A stretch of 64,000 nucleotides of DNA from an uncultured Oscillospiraceae bacterium (GCA_964367585.1 CAYIYH010000003.1:36134-100133), one strand, 5' to 3'; shown: positions 47,659-57,852, counted from the stretch's first letter. Notes: generated by a model not told the origin, from the sequence alone. Numbers and translations: made by a program.

Positions 47659-48879
47659 TTAGGAATGTGGTTCTAAGTTATTAATATGATTCTGAGTAAT
47701 TACAACGATTCCGTCTTCTTCATCACTCATATTCTCTATAACAATCCAATCGTCGTATTTTTCGTGTTCTAGAATTTTAATTTCTTTACCTTTCAATATT
47801 TTTATACTATCTCCGTATGCTCTTTTCAACATCAAATTGGCATTAGTTTCAATATAAAAAATTTTCCCCTCTACACCATCAGTGCCATATACGCCCGGAG
47901 AATACTCTGAAAATCCTTTTGGTATTTTGCTATCGTGGATATTACTAATTTTAGATTCGGTTATATTCGCTTTTCCCGTACTTAGGCAAATATTTTCGAT
48001 AAAAGAATTTTTATCATCTAAAATAGTATATGAAAATCTCTTATTCGCATTTTCCTTTCGGAATGAATTAGGCGACATATCAAACTGTTCTTTAATAGCT
48101 TTATAGTAGTATTTCTCGCTTGAAAATCCCGCCTTATCGATTATTTCACTATTCGTAAAATCCGAATTCAATAATAGTGAAACTGCATGCATAGTCCTAT
48201 AATATGTCATAATGGATTGAAACGATTTTGTGAATTTAGATGTTATTTCCGCTGACATATATGTTGAAGTCATATGAGTCAAATCGCTAATATCATTAAG
48301 TGTCACTTTATTTGATAGATTATTTAGCATATAGTTATCTACACTCAAAAATCTCTCTACTTCGGTTTGCTTTATCCCTGGGATGGCAAGTAAGTTTTCC
48401 TTGATATCATCAAAGTTTTCAACTAAAAATTGCATTATGTCTTTGCCTTTTTGTTGCAACTCTAAATCATTTACATTCGATTTACTATTATCGATATGCA
48501 ACTTGAGGAATTTTTTCGTTTTTTCTTTAAAGCTGTCTACATTCCTGTTCCTATTTTTTTTCAGCAGGGCTGTATCAGCAAAAAAAGCAGTTGTAGCTAT
48601 ATTTATTATTTTATTTTCTATGCTAGGCTCCCATTTAAGACATAGCTCTTTGCTAAATGAAATGACTAGCACTTTATTTTCTTCTGCTCCAAAAATACTT
48701 ACCGGTTCATTTATATTGAGAGTCTCTATGCTGCCTTCTTCTAAGGTTGCTTTTCCCCCGATAAATCCAATTTCAATTTCACCCTCTAATATCCATATTA
48801 TTCTAAACCATGGAATAGAATGATAATTCATTTCTTTAATATTCAGGAGTTCTATTTTGATTTGCTTTTCATCTACCAT
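47659..48879 (-). CDS. AraC-family regulator with an additional ~120-aa C-terminal domain
   Basis: 406 aa. It has an N-terminal cupin-like region, a central AraC HTH (...MTYYRTMHAVSLLLNSDFTNSEIIDKAGFSSEKYYYKAIKEQFDMSP) and an extra C-terminal beta-rich segment. Confidence 0.75.
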   Translation of the reverse strand: MVDEKQIKIELLNIKEMNYHSIPWFRIIWILEGEIEIGFIGGKATLEEGSIETLNINEPVSIFGAEENKVLVISFSKELCLKWEPSIENKIINIATTAFFADTALLKKNRNRNVDSFKEKTKKFLKLHIDNSKSNVNDLELQQKGKDIMQFLVENFDDIKENLLAIPGIKQTEVERFLSVDNYMLNNLSNKVTLNDISDLTHMTSTYMSAEITSKFTKSFQSIMTYYRTMHAVSLLLNSDFTNSEIIDKAGFSSEKYYYKAIKEQFDMSPNSFRKENANKRFSYTILDDKNSFIENICLSTGKANITESKISNIHDSKIPKGFSEYSPGVYGTDGVEGKIFYIETNANLMLKRAYGDSIKILKGKEIKILEHEKYDDWIVIENMSDEEDGIVVITQNHINNLEPHS

Positions 48880-48963
48880 AGGTATTTCTCACTATTAAAC
48901 AAAAGACTTAACTTAATTTTTGAAGTGGTTTTTCAATTTTTCGATCTGCTTATGCTTTATATT

Positions 48964-49431
48964 CTATACATAATTATATACCTTGTTTTCAATTTTACCT
49001 AATATTTCGAGCAAATCGGTAGTATTTATTATCATTGTAATCTCGGCGACACCCGGCGAGAAAATGAGTCTTTCGTGGCGCTTTACTTCTTCGTCTAGTA
49101 TTATTACTACATCTTTTTCATAACCAAGTAAAGATGCGCATCCTGGTAGACACCCTGTAACTTCAGTTAATTCTGCCCCGGGACATATTGAAATTTTCTC
49201 TCCGACTAGAGATTTTGCCTGGTTTAGATTAATCTTAACTCCCTCAACTGTTATGAATACGTAGTACGCCGAAGATTTGCCCTTCAGAAACAAACTCTTG
49301 CTTTCTGTTCCGACAAATCCCAACTCCTCACCGACTTTGCGCGCCGTTTCGTAAGACAGTATAGGCTCATGCTCGTATTCTTCGTATTTTATATCATTGT
49401 CTTTCAACAGTTTTAGAACTTTTTCATACAT
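48964..49431 (-). CDS. YbaK/EbsC-type aminoacyl-tRNA editing domain protein
   Basis: ~155 aa from ATG 49431 (MYEKVLKLLKDNDIKYEEYEHEP...). The pattern is YbaK-like as I remember it. Confidence 0.6.
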   Translation of the reverse strand: MYEKVLKLLKDNDIKYEEYEHEPILSYETARKVGEELGFVGTESKSLFLKGKSSAYYVFITVEGVKINLNQAKSLVGEKISICPGAELTEVTGCLPGCASLLGYEKDVVIILDEEVKRHERLIFSPGVAEITMIINTTDLLEILGKIENKVYNYV

Positions 49432-49539
49432 TTTATTTAGACTCCTAATTTCACACACATATGACTTATTTATAACCACATCACGATGTCCTCCGTCTCT
49501 ATATGCGACGGGCTACACTTCAGACTTTCTTTCTTTGCT

Positions 49540-50061
49540 TTACAATACTTTTCCATACATTTTCAGATTGTATACGTTTCCATTTTTGAATACTGCATTT
49601 CGAAGAGTCCCCTCTAATATAAACCCATTTCTCTCTAATATTTTCGCAGATGCAACATTAGGTTCGTATATTAATCCACTAATTCGAAGAATATCAAGCT
49701 GTGAAAAAGAAAGCTCACATATTAATGAAACTGCTTGTGTCATTATTCCCTTGCCTGCATGTTCATCGAGCAAAAAGTATCCGATTTCACAGTCCTTTTG
49801 ATATACGTCTTCTTTTAATTCGACAGAAATATTTCCGATATATTCTCCATCGACTACTATTGCACGAAATATTCCATCTTTACCATCTATGCCTTCTACT
49901 CTGTTCAGCCACCACTCCGCACTTTCATTTGTGTACGGGTATGGCAATCTATTTGAAAGGTATTTTCTATCTACCGAGTTGCATAAATTAACTAACAAAT
50001 CTTTATCTTTTATATCCCATTGTTTTAGTTCTACATTCATCTGTATTTTCTCCTGATTCAC
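49540..50061 (-). CDS. GNAT-family N-acetyltransferase (RimJ/RimL-like)
   Basis: 173 aa with the GNAT motif A region (HAGKGIMTQAVSL). Confidence 0.8.
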   Translation of the reverse strand: MNQEKIQMNVELKQWDIKDKDLLVNLCNSVDRKYLSNRLPYPYTNESAEWWLNRVEGIDGKDGIFRAIVVDGEYIGNISVELKEDVYQKDCEIGYFLLDEHAGKGIMTQAVSLICELSFSQLDILRISGLIYEPNVASAKILERNGFILEGTLRNAVFKNGNVYNLKMYGKVL

Positions 50062-50363
50062 TGTTTTTAATCATTCGTTTTGAATCTATTTTTCTAAGTA
50101 CATCGCGCTTCTTGTGATAATCCAAACATCCTTAGTGATTTACAATTATATTAACTTTTATTTCAGACTTATATTATATCATTTCCTAAGAATGCGCTAT
50201 ATATTTTTTTTATATTAAATAAATTCTCTTGTTTATTTTACATTCATTATGTAAGTATTATTTTACATAAGTTTATTACCATGGAAACAATCTTTTTATG
50301 GTAAAGTGTTCGAATCAATTATATAATAGATAAAATAGAATTAAATACGTGAAAGGATAAGAA

Positions 50364-50999
50364 TTGTTCAAGAAACTTTTATTATTAATGATAGGATTTT
50401 TCATCTGTGCTTTAGGGCAAAGCTTATTCATTTTTTGTGACTTAGGGCTTAATCCTTGGAGTGTTTTCCATCAAGGATTAACTTTTTATTTTCCAATCAC
50501 AATCGGTCAAGCCTCGCAATTAACGGGATTAATAATAATAGTTGTAGGAATATTTATTAGAGTCTACCCTGGTGTGGGTACTATATTAAACATGATTTTT
50601 ATTGGATTATTTACTGATATTATAATAGAATCAAATTTACTGTATACTCCCGATACATTTGTGGCAAAACTGGTGATGTGTATATCAGGAGTATTAATTC
50701 TTGGGTTTGGTATTTTCCTTTATATTATCCAAGAATTAGGTGCAGGACCACGTGACGGCCTAATGATTATGCTAACACAAAAGACAAAATTCCAAGTAGG
50801 AACGGTGAGAAACTTTATAGAAGTAACTATACTAATTATTGGGTATATTTTAGGTGGAACTGTTGGAATAGGCACTCTAATTTCGAGTTTGGGCGCAGGT
50901 TTTTCACTTCAATTATTCTTCGTGATTTTTAAGAAAAATGCAAAAAAGCTTAATCAAAAAAACTTATCAAATTTATTTCAGTCTAAAAAAAGCAGTTAG
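50364..50999 (+). CDS. YczE/YitT-like small multi-pass membrane protein (paralog of 30691-31320)
   Basis: 211 aa with a TTG start. By eye it is roughly three quarters or more identical to the 30691 protein. Confidence 0.65.
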   Translation: MFKKLLLLMIGFFICALGQSLFIFCDLGLNPWSVFHQGLTFYFPITIGQASQLTGLIIIVVGIFIRVYPGVGTILNMIFIGLFTDIIIESNLLYTPDTFVAKLVMCISGVLILGFGIFLYIIQELGAGPRDGLMIMLTQKTKFQVGTVRNFIEVTILIIGYILGGTVGIGTLISSLGAGFSLQLFFVIFKKNAKKLNQKNLSNLFQSKKSS

Positions 51000-52061
51000 T
51001 TATCTAATAACACTTTCAATCCAGTCCTTTATTACCATGGCAATTTCAATGTTATTTTTTTCCATCATCATCATATGGCCATTTCCATAAATTCCCTTCT
51101 CTTCTAGCCTCAAGTGTTCACAAGAAACCCCTGCTTGTCTCAAGTATTCATATGTCAAATGATCATACCTGGCATGATATGATGCTTCTGACGATAAAAT
51201 AAGGGTTGGTATATCTTTCAAATTTGGCAATGAATGAATTGGTTCACTTTGCAAAAAACCATCCGCCAAGCTTGCATTTCCGGAATCAAATATCTCTTTA
51301 CGAATATTATTTGCATCCTCAATTAACGGATCATATTTCAATGGAGTTTCGCTTAACCCCCACGGCCTTGCATCTTCATTTTCTATCGCAACATTTTGGA
51401 ACGGAGGCCCGATAGGCTCGATTGCAATTATTGCATTTACAAGCTCGGGACATTTTTCCGCAATTATCCAACCAAAGTTACCTGCTTGCGAATGAGTAAT
51501 TAGAGTTGCTTCACCTATTTCACTTAAGAGCGCAGCACCTGCTTTTTGAACTAATGTCTCAGTCTCCAAGTCACTTTTTAAAAAACCGACAGTGCTCCGG
51601 TAAAAATTGTCAAAAAACTTATCTCCCATCCTACCAGTTCCAGGCCATTGAGTATGTCTTTTAGCCTGTGGCCAATCGCCCAAACTCGAGGTGGCAGTAA
51701 AAAGACTTTCTAATAATTCCGCGCTATAGTAGTTCAATTCTCCTTGAAGTTTAGAGTTATATATCGATCTTCCTCTTGCTGGTTGTTCAAAAGTATAAAC
51801 AATAAAGCCCTCATCTATAAAATAGTTAATCCATCCATTTCTTCCATCTGGAGTTTCATGCCAACATAAAGATGTTAATGCTGATCCGTGAAAAAAAACT
51901 AGCGGTTTGGAATTGCGTATTTCTTTTGGAACGAATTTTTCTATATACGACTGGCCAATTAGATAGTTTTCGCCTTCTATTTCAATATACTCTCCACCTA
52001 CAAAAAAATTCTCTTTATATCGCATGTTTAATAGGGGACATACTTTAGAACTATCATTCAC
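51000..52061 (-). CDS. Alpha/beta-fold hydrolase
   Basis: 353 aa with a nucleophile-elbow-like motif (THSQAGN) and a C-terminal GNGHMMM block. Its stop codon directly abuts the stop of the convergent 50364 gene. Confidence 0.7.
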   Translation of the reverse strand: MNDSSKVCPLLNMRYKENFFVGGEYIEIEGENYLIGQSYIEKFVPKEIRNSKPLVFFHGSALTSLCWHETPDGRNGWINYFIDEGFIVYTFEQPARGRSIYNSKLQGELNYYSAELLESLFTATSSLGDWPQAKRHTQWPGTGRMGDKFFDNFYRSTVGFLKSDLETETLVQKAGAALLSEIGEATLITHSQAGNFGWIIAEKCPELVNAIIAIEPIGPPFQNVAIENEDARPWGLSETPLKYDPLIEDANNIRKEIFDSGNASLADGFLQSEPIHSLPNLKDIPTLILSSEASYHARYDHLTYEYLRQAGVSCEHLRLEEKGIYGNGHMMMMEKNNIEIAMVIKDWIESVIR

Positions 52062-52132
52062 AATAATGACATCCTTTCATTACATATAAAAAATAAGATA
52101 TCCAATATGTATTTTTGTCTAATTTGAAAATG

Positions 52133-52209
52133 AAACACCTTGAATCGCAAATTGAACTTCCAGTAAAACACATGTTTTTATTACGGAAGTAATTTATTCA
52201 AGATGTTTT
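52133..52209 (-). repeat. Long nested imperfect inverted repeat (~77 nt)
   Basis: It has three nested arm pairs: outer aaacaccttgaat / attcaagatgttt, middle acttcc / ggaagt, and centre aaaaca-ca-tgtttt. Confidence 0.45.
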
Positions 52210-52344
52210 ATTTCCATGTTTACCTGTTTAAGGTATTTCCATAATTATATTTCAGTAATAAAATGCGAACTATTTTTACACTCTAGTCCTTACCGCTTTA
52301 CAAATAGTTATTTTCTTCCCTAATCTATTATTAATAAAATTAAA

Positions 52345-53466
52345 TTATCTTGCAAATAGATCTTCTAGTATTGTACGCGCATCACTGTTGGTATATCCCC
52401 CAGGTGTACGGTCGAAATTTGGTGGGCGGTAAGAATCAAAGCGCTTCATTACATCGTCGATTTCATCCATACTTAAAACTGGCATTTCATAATCAAGAAG
52501 AGAATTCAAAAGCTCTGTCAATTCTTCTCTCGTAGAATTAATTGCTTCATAAAATTGTACGCTTTTTTCTGATGCGTGTTTTTCAGCTTTTTCTAAACAA
52601 GAAGGCAAAAATACTGCACAAGCATAACCATGTGGAACATGATAGTTTTCCGACAAAAAATATCCTAAAGCATGTCCAAAACATGTACTTGCAATGTTCA
52701 ATGAAAACCCAGCTAATATTGAAGCGAAATATAGATCGTCTCTCATTTCTTTTGTAAGCTCTATGATTTCCGCCTTATCTTTCAACACTCTATATACAGG
52801 CAATAGCATTTTAATTGCTTCAATTGAAAACATATCAGAAACTAGATTTCCTCTTGTTGAAAAATATCCTTCGCACGCATGACAAAATGCATCTATAGTA
52901 GTTGGAAGTGTATGTTTTAATGGAAGACCATCTGTATATTTTGGGTCGCAAAAAGCTATTTTTGCAAGAGTATCTTTGGATGATATACTTTTCTTTAGTC
53001 CAGTTGAATCCATTGTTATAACTGAATAAGGAGTTATTTCGCTGCCAGTTCCCGCTGTTGTACCTATCAAAACGAATGGCAATGCTGAATTTGTCCACTT
53101 ATGTTCCAAAATGGTTTCACCTTTAATGTCATTTGACGCAAATACAGATATCACCTTACATGAGTCAAGAGGAGAACCTCCACCTATTCCAATAATAAAG
53201 TCCACTTTGTTATTTCTAGCTATTGCCCCTGCTCTTTCACAAACCGAAAGCAATGGGTTGGGCTTCACCTCATCAAATAGGATATACTCAATACTGTTAT
53301 CGGCTAACGCACTCAAAACATCATCCAAAGCACCGCTCATTTTTGCGGACGTGCCACCGGTTACAATCATTGCTTTTTTTCCAAGTTTGAGTGCATTTGA
53401 ATGACTTCTTATACAATCTCTACCTGAAATTATTCTTACTGGAACATTAAAGTTTATGTTAATCAT
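52345..53466 (-). CDS. Iron-containing (group III) alcohol dehydrogenase
   Basis: 373 aa with GIGGGSPLDSCK and His-rich metal-site blocks (DAFCHACE...HALGY). Confidence 0.85.
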   Translation of the reverse strand: MININFNVPVRIISGRDCIRSHSNALKLGKKAMIVTGGTSAKMSGALDDVLSALADNSIEYILFDEVKPNPLLSVCERAGAIARNNKVDFIIGIGGGSPLDSCKVISVFASNDIKGETILEHKWTNSALPFVLIGTTAGTGSEITPYSVITMDSTGLKKSISSKDTLAKIAFCDPKYTDGLPLKHTLPTTIDAFCHACEGYFSTRGNLVSDMFSIEAIKMLLPVYRVLKDKAEIIELTKEMRDDLYFASILAGFSLNIASTCFGHALGYFLSENYHVPHGYACAVFLPSCLEKAEKHASEKSVQFYEAINSTREELTELLNSLLDYEMPVLSMDEIDDVMKRFDSYRPPNFDRTPGGYTNSDARTILEDLFAR

Positions 53467-53490
53467 TAATTCTCCTTATGTTTATATTAT

Positions 53491-54837
53491 CTAAAAGAAA
53501 ATGTGTATAAAAGGAACTATAAGTACAATAGTTAATATAACTCTTTCGAAGTAAATAATGAAAATGTCTCTAACTCTCAAAGGAACCGAGGATCCTAAAA
53601 TAATAGGAATTGGTTGAGCTATATAAAGCACTCCTGTAGTACCAATAACTGCGGTGAAAAATCTTGAGATTTCAGACTCCAAAGTCCCACCTATTACTGG
53701 AGCTAATAATTGGTCAACTACCCCTACAGTAATTGAAGTTGCTGTTTCAAATGGCTCTGGGATTCCAGCAAGCTGAATCAACCATCCAAATGGATACGCA
53801 AGAGTTTGTAATATACTAGTATATTCAAATATAGCAAGTGCTATCGTTCCTAAGGCCATTACTACAGGAACAACGCTAACGGCCATGCTTAAACCATCGA
53901 CAACACCTTCTTTTAGAGAGCCAGAAATAGTTCCTGTTTTTGCTCTGTTTACACCAGCTGCAACCGCAGCAGAAAACATGTCTTTACTTGCTGGAGATTC
54001 GCTCCTTACAATTTCTTTTCCGTTTAAATCAGTATTTTTATATCTATTTAAAGGATAAATTCTTGGTGTAATCATCGCGATAATAATACATATAATATAC
54101 GAAGTTAATATAAATTGGTATGCCATATGTCCTAAATTAACCATTTCTGCCATTACATACAAGAAGGGCATACTTACTAAAGAAAAGTTAGTGATAATAA
54201 TTGCCGCCTCCTTATCTGTATATTGTCCACTTTTATGCATTTTAGCAGTGTAATACATTCCTAATCCAGAAGAGCCAACCCAAGAAACAAGACAATCAAT
54301 ACAAGACATTCCAGGCACTTTGAATAATGTGTACATAATTTTTTGCATAAAAATGCCAATAAATTGAAGTGCTCCAAAGTTAGTTAAGAAAGGTAATATT
54401 AGACCACCAATTAGTACTGCAAGAGAAACAGATACACTCATTGACCCCATCAACCCACCTGTATTAGAACTGATTATAAACTCAGGTCCAATTTGCAATA
54501 AAGTCATTCCAAGAAAAAGAGCTCCTAGTATTCTGCAAATAGCCCATAGAGGTTTAGTTTTTACATTTTTTTCTAAAAAGCTAATTTTACCCTTTATGAA
54601 ATATGATAATATAGTTAAAATAGCACCTATTGAACAAATGACAAATGCGACCGGCACACGATTTTCCGATCCAATTGCCGATTTAACAGAATCTAATAAC
54701 CATGATAAAAAAGTTGTAACCTGACCATCTGAGGTAATCGGTCCTAAAAATATTAAAAAGGCAATAATTGAGGGTATTATGAATTTTAAATATTCACTAG
54801 TGGTAAATTTTTCTTTTGCTTTGCTTAATTCTGACAT
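53491..54837 (-). CDS. YjiH-like / Gate-domain membrane transporter (paralog 3)
   Basis: 448-aa multi-TM protein carrying the LQFIGIFMQKIMYTLFKVPGMSCIDCLVSWVG block. Confidence 0.7.
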   Translation of the reverse strand: MSELSKAKEKFTTSEYLKFIIPSIIAFLIFLGPITSDGQVTTFLSWLLDSVKSAIGSENRVPVAFVICSIGAILTILSYFIKGKISFLEKNVKTKPLWAICRILGALFLGMTLLQIGPEFIISSNTGGLMGSMSVSVSLAVLIGGLILPFLTNFGALQFIGIFMQKIMYTLFKVPGMSCIDCLVSWVGSSGLGMYYTAKMHKSGQYTDKEAAIIITNFSLVSMPFLYVMAEMVNLGHMAYQFILTSYIICIIIAMITPRIYPLNRYKNTDLNGKEIVRSESPASKDMFSAAVAAGVNRAKTGTISGSLKEGVVDGLSMAVSVVPVVMALGTIALAIFEYTSILQTLAYPFGWLIQLAGIPEPFETATSITVGVVDQLLAPVIGGTLESEISRFFTAVIGTTGVLYIAQPIPIILGSSVPLRVRDIFIIYFERVILTIVLIVPFIHIFF

Positions 54838-54966
54838 AGTTTTTCTCCTTTACATCTAACAATTACATACGAAACCATTTATTAGTTTTATTAGAATTTA
54901 AATAAAATTATTAATTTCTATAACCAATCATCTTTATATACTACTTAATCGTAGTATTTTTTATCG

Positions 54967-55941
54967 TCATATTATAAATTCATCTAGAAGTCTTAATAAA
55001 TAATATGCCGATATTCTCTCGCTTCTTCCCGACGGATCAAGTTCTGGCGCCACTTCAACGATGTCTATTCCATCTATTGGAGCGCTTGAAAGGGAATCCA
55101 TTATTTCACAGAACTGTCTAGGTGTTAACTTACTTTGTACGATTGATCCTGTACCAGGAAGAAAACCGGCATCTGTTGCATCTATATCTATAGATAAATA
55201 CACATGATCAACTCCCTTTGTCGCATGTTTGATAGCCATTAAGGCTATCTCTTTTGCACCTAAACGCCTAATATCATCCGAGGAAAAAATTTTTCCACCC
55301 ATGGATTCAATTATTGCGGTTTCCTCGCTATCAATCCAACCTGAGATTCCAATCCATACCATATTTGATTTTTCTACATTAGACAATTCCGAAATTCGAC
55401 GGGAATTTGTAGCATGATTATATTCCCCCCATGCCCCTAATCTGTCAGAAAAGTCCAAATGTCCGTCAATTTGAATATATCCAAACTTCGCATTAGGATC
55501 TATCTCTTCTAATGCTCTCGAATATCCTAAACATGCGGGATAACTATTAAAATGATCTCCGCCTAATGCGAGTGGTATCGTTCCAGCAATTCTTATCGCT
55601 TTTGTCATACTTGCAATAGATTCAATTGTCTGTGTCGGATCTTCCGGAAAAATAGTTGCGTTACCATAGTCAATAAGTTTACTGCGTCGTTTATTAGCAA
55701 ACGTTTTACCTGTTTTAATATCAATTATTTCATTTTTATCTTTTAAAGCACTTGTTTCTATTATTTCTGTTGATGCAACCCTTAGTGCATATGGCCCTAA
55801 TCTTGAACCAGTTCTACTTGAGTGAGTCCAATCTGATGGCATTCCCACTACCCCAATTCCTCCGTTTTTCACGTCATCTATATCTCCTACTGGAGACTTA
55901 AAAAGAGTAGGACTTGGAGATCCTATATTCTTATTTATCAA
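54967..55941 (-). CDS. Ureohydrolase (agmatinase/arginase family), canonical metal ligands
   Basis: Signature blocks LALGGDHFNSYP, IQIDGHLDF, SIDIDATD and GIDIVEVAPELD. A TTG start overlaps the upstream stop as TTGA. Confidence 0.8.
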   Translation of the reverse strand: MINKNIGSPSPTLFKSPVGDIDDVKNGGIGVVGMPSDWTHSSRTGSRLGPYALRVASTEIIETSALKDKNEIIDIKTGKTFANKRRSKLIDYGNATIFPEDPTQTIESIASMTKAIRIAGTIPLALGGDHFNSYPACLGYSRALEEIDPNAKFGYIQIDGHLDFSDRLGAWGEYNHATNSRRISELSNVEKSNMVWIGISGWIDSEETAIIESMGGKIFSSDDIRRLGAKEIALMAIKHATKGVDHVYLSIDIDATDAGFLPGTGSIVQSKLTPRQFCEIMDSLSSAPIDGIDIVEVAPELDPSGRSERISAYYLLRLLDEFII

Positions 55942-56930
55942 ATTATCACCTCATCTTTTTCTAAAAGGTCCATTCTAGCATAAATATACTTTAGAAGTGC
56001 GGTGACAAGCATTCTCTGCCCTGTTTTTACAATTCCAAATCCATTCACCGTGGGGTCAATACCCGTTACTATCAACGATGAAGTAGGGATTTGCCCCAAA
56101 GCAATAAGCATATTTTGAATTTCAACCAATGACATTCCATTCAAATTAGGCTTTTCAGACATACCGTGCAAGCTTGAATCCATAAACGAAATATCTAATA
56201 CAGCAACAACTTCATCCACTTTATCCCTTATTTCTTCAAATAACGACCTATAATTTCCGTGTAGAGCTTTTATTTTATTTTTGCTAACGATTTTTCCATT
56301 GTTATTAACAAAATCTTCATAAAATTCTATAGTTGGAAGCGAGTTTGGAGCAATAAATATCATGTTTTTCTTATCAATTACTTTTTCATTTACTAACTTC
56401 TCAACAGATAACTGTGATTTTGAATCCTTATTTTGAGAAACACTTCCCCCAAGTTGTATATAACCAATCTGATTACCTTCTGAAATTCCCTTAACAACAC
56501 TATAAATACTACCTTCACTTCCAGCTAAAACTATTGTGCTTGCTTTCGTATTTTGCAAATCAGAAAAAATTGATGATATTTTTTCACTAATCTCATTTTT
56601 TGTCAATCCATCAAGCGAAATATCACCTATATCAACAAGTTTTTCATTAATGCACCCAGTATCAACTACTTGTCTACTAACTACATCAATCGGTGCACTT
56701 TTGAATTGTGGATTTGAAAACCATCCATAATATACAGAAGTTTCCCGTATTCCAAGTGAAGCATATCTATATCCAGTAGAGTCTGAGTCTGATTCGAAAG
56801 GAATTCCAATCACAGCCACTTTGTCTGAGGTAAGTTCTTCCATCTGCTCAAATTTAGCACGCATGAAAGTTAGTCTTCCTGCAAGTCTGGGTAGTGCTGA
56901 AGTTCTTAATACAGAATTATCATCACTCAT
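55938..56930 (-). CDS. Arginase-fold paralog with degenerate metal site (predicted non-catalytic or neofunctionalised)
   Basis: It has the same block order as the ureohydrolases, but GGDH reads AGSEG, DAHxD reads LGGSVS and DxDxxD reads LDISFMD. Confidence 0.7.
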   Translation of the reverse strand: MSDDNSVLRTSALPRLAGRLTFMRAKFEQMEELTSDKVAVIGIPFESDSDSTGYRYASLGIRETSVYYGWFSNPQFKSAPIDVVSRQVVDTGCINEKLVDIGDISLDGLTKNEISEKISSIFSDLQNTKASTIVLAGSEGSIYSVVKGISEGNQIGYIQLGGSVSQNKDSKSQLSVEKLVNEKVIDKKNMIFIAPNSLPTIEFYEDFVNNNGKIVSKNKIKALHGNYRSLFEEIRDKVDEVVAVLDISFMDSSLHGMSEKPNLNGMSLVEIQNMLIALGQIPTSSLIVTGIDPTVNGFGIVKTGQRMLVTALLKYIYARMDLLEKDEVII

Positions 56931-56931
56931 A

Positions 56932-57852
56932 TTACTCCTCTTTTCCTAATATATTTACTATCAAAGTACATATTTCCTGTACCGATTCGATTTCATCGCG
57001 CCCCCAGAGGTCAATCTCTGGAACAAATCCCGTGAAGTCTCCAGCGATGAAGGATTTTTTTATTCTTTTAAGCGAAATTAACAATCTTTTCAATTCTTCT
57101 AGATCTAACCCCGAATACAAATTCTCGTAGGTCGTCTTCAAAATTAAAGGTTTCAACACATCTGCATCAACACTAATATATAACCCATCGAAATTCCTAG
57201 CCCACATATTGATGTCAACAATCAACTCTTCTATTTTGTTTTCTTTAATTTTATGGGATGGAATAACTTTAATACCCTCGGATTTTACAATTTCTTCGTT
57301 AGAAACAATACCCGAAACACCGATAATATTAATCTTTCCTTTATCGCATTCTAACAAGTCAATAATAGTCGAAGTTGTTTCGTATCTTGTTACTCCTGGA
57401 TTCTTTTCACTTTTATTTTTCGCAAGATCTAGACGTCTTGAAATCCTAATGAATCCTATGTTCTTCGTTTTTAATTCTTCCAAAATCCCATCAAATATTG
57501 GAGGGATAATGCTGTAATCTCCACCTATTATCAATTGCTTTGATTTTGTATCTATTATTTTTTGTGACTGACTTTTCAAAACATGATAATTCTTTTCGTA
57601 TTCCAAAGGAAATACATTCAAATCACCAATATCCACAACCTCAAATTGTGTGCATTCTATTCCATTTCTTTTTTCATTAGGATAACTTGAGTACCTCAAC
57701 TGACGCGGCATAATCCTTGAACCGGGAGTTCCACCACCATAATGGTCACAAAAAACGCCAGCAACGGCAATCGTTTTATCTGAAAGATCATTTAATTCAC
57801 AAAACGGTGCATCAAAAAATGTAGGAATATCTCTTAATTTATAGTCGTTCAA
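56932..57852 (-). CDS. Arginase-fold paralog with degenerate metal site
   Basis: GGDH reads GGDY and DAHxD reads ISRRLD, while SVDADVL retains D-x-D. A TTG start overlaps the upstream stop as TTGA, with AAGGAGG 7 nt upstream. Confidence 0.7.
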   Translation of the reverse strand: MNDYKLRDIPTFFDAPFCELNDLSDKTIAVAGVFCDHYGGGTPGSRIMPRQLRYSSYPNEKRNGIECTQFEVVDIGDLNVFPLEYEKNYHVLKSQSQKIIDTKSKQLIIGGDYSIIPPIFDGILEELKTKNIGFIRISRRLDLAKNKSEKNPGVTRYETTSTIIDLLECDKGKINIIGVSGIVSNEEIVKSEGIKVIPSHKIKENKIEELIVDINMWARNFDGLYISVDADVLKPLILKTTYENLYSGLDLEELKRLLISLKRIKKSFIAGDFTGFVPEIDLWGRDEIESVQEICTLIVNILGKEE

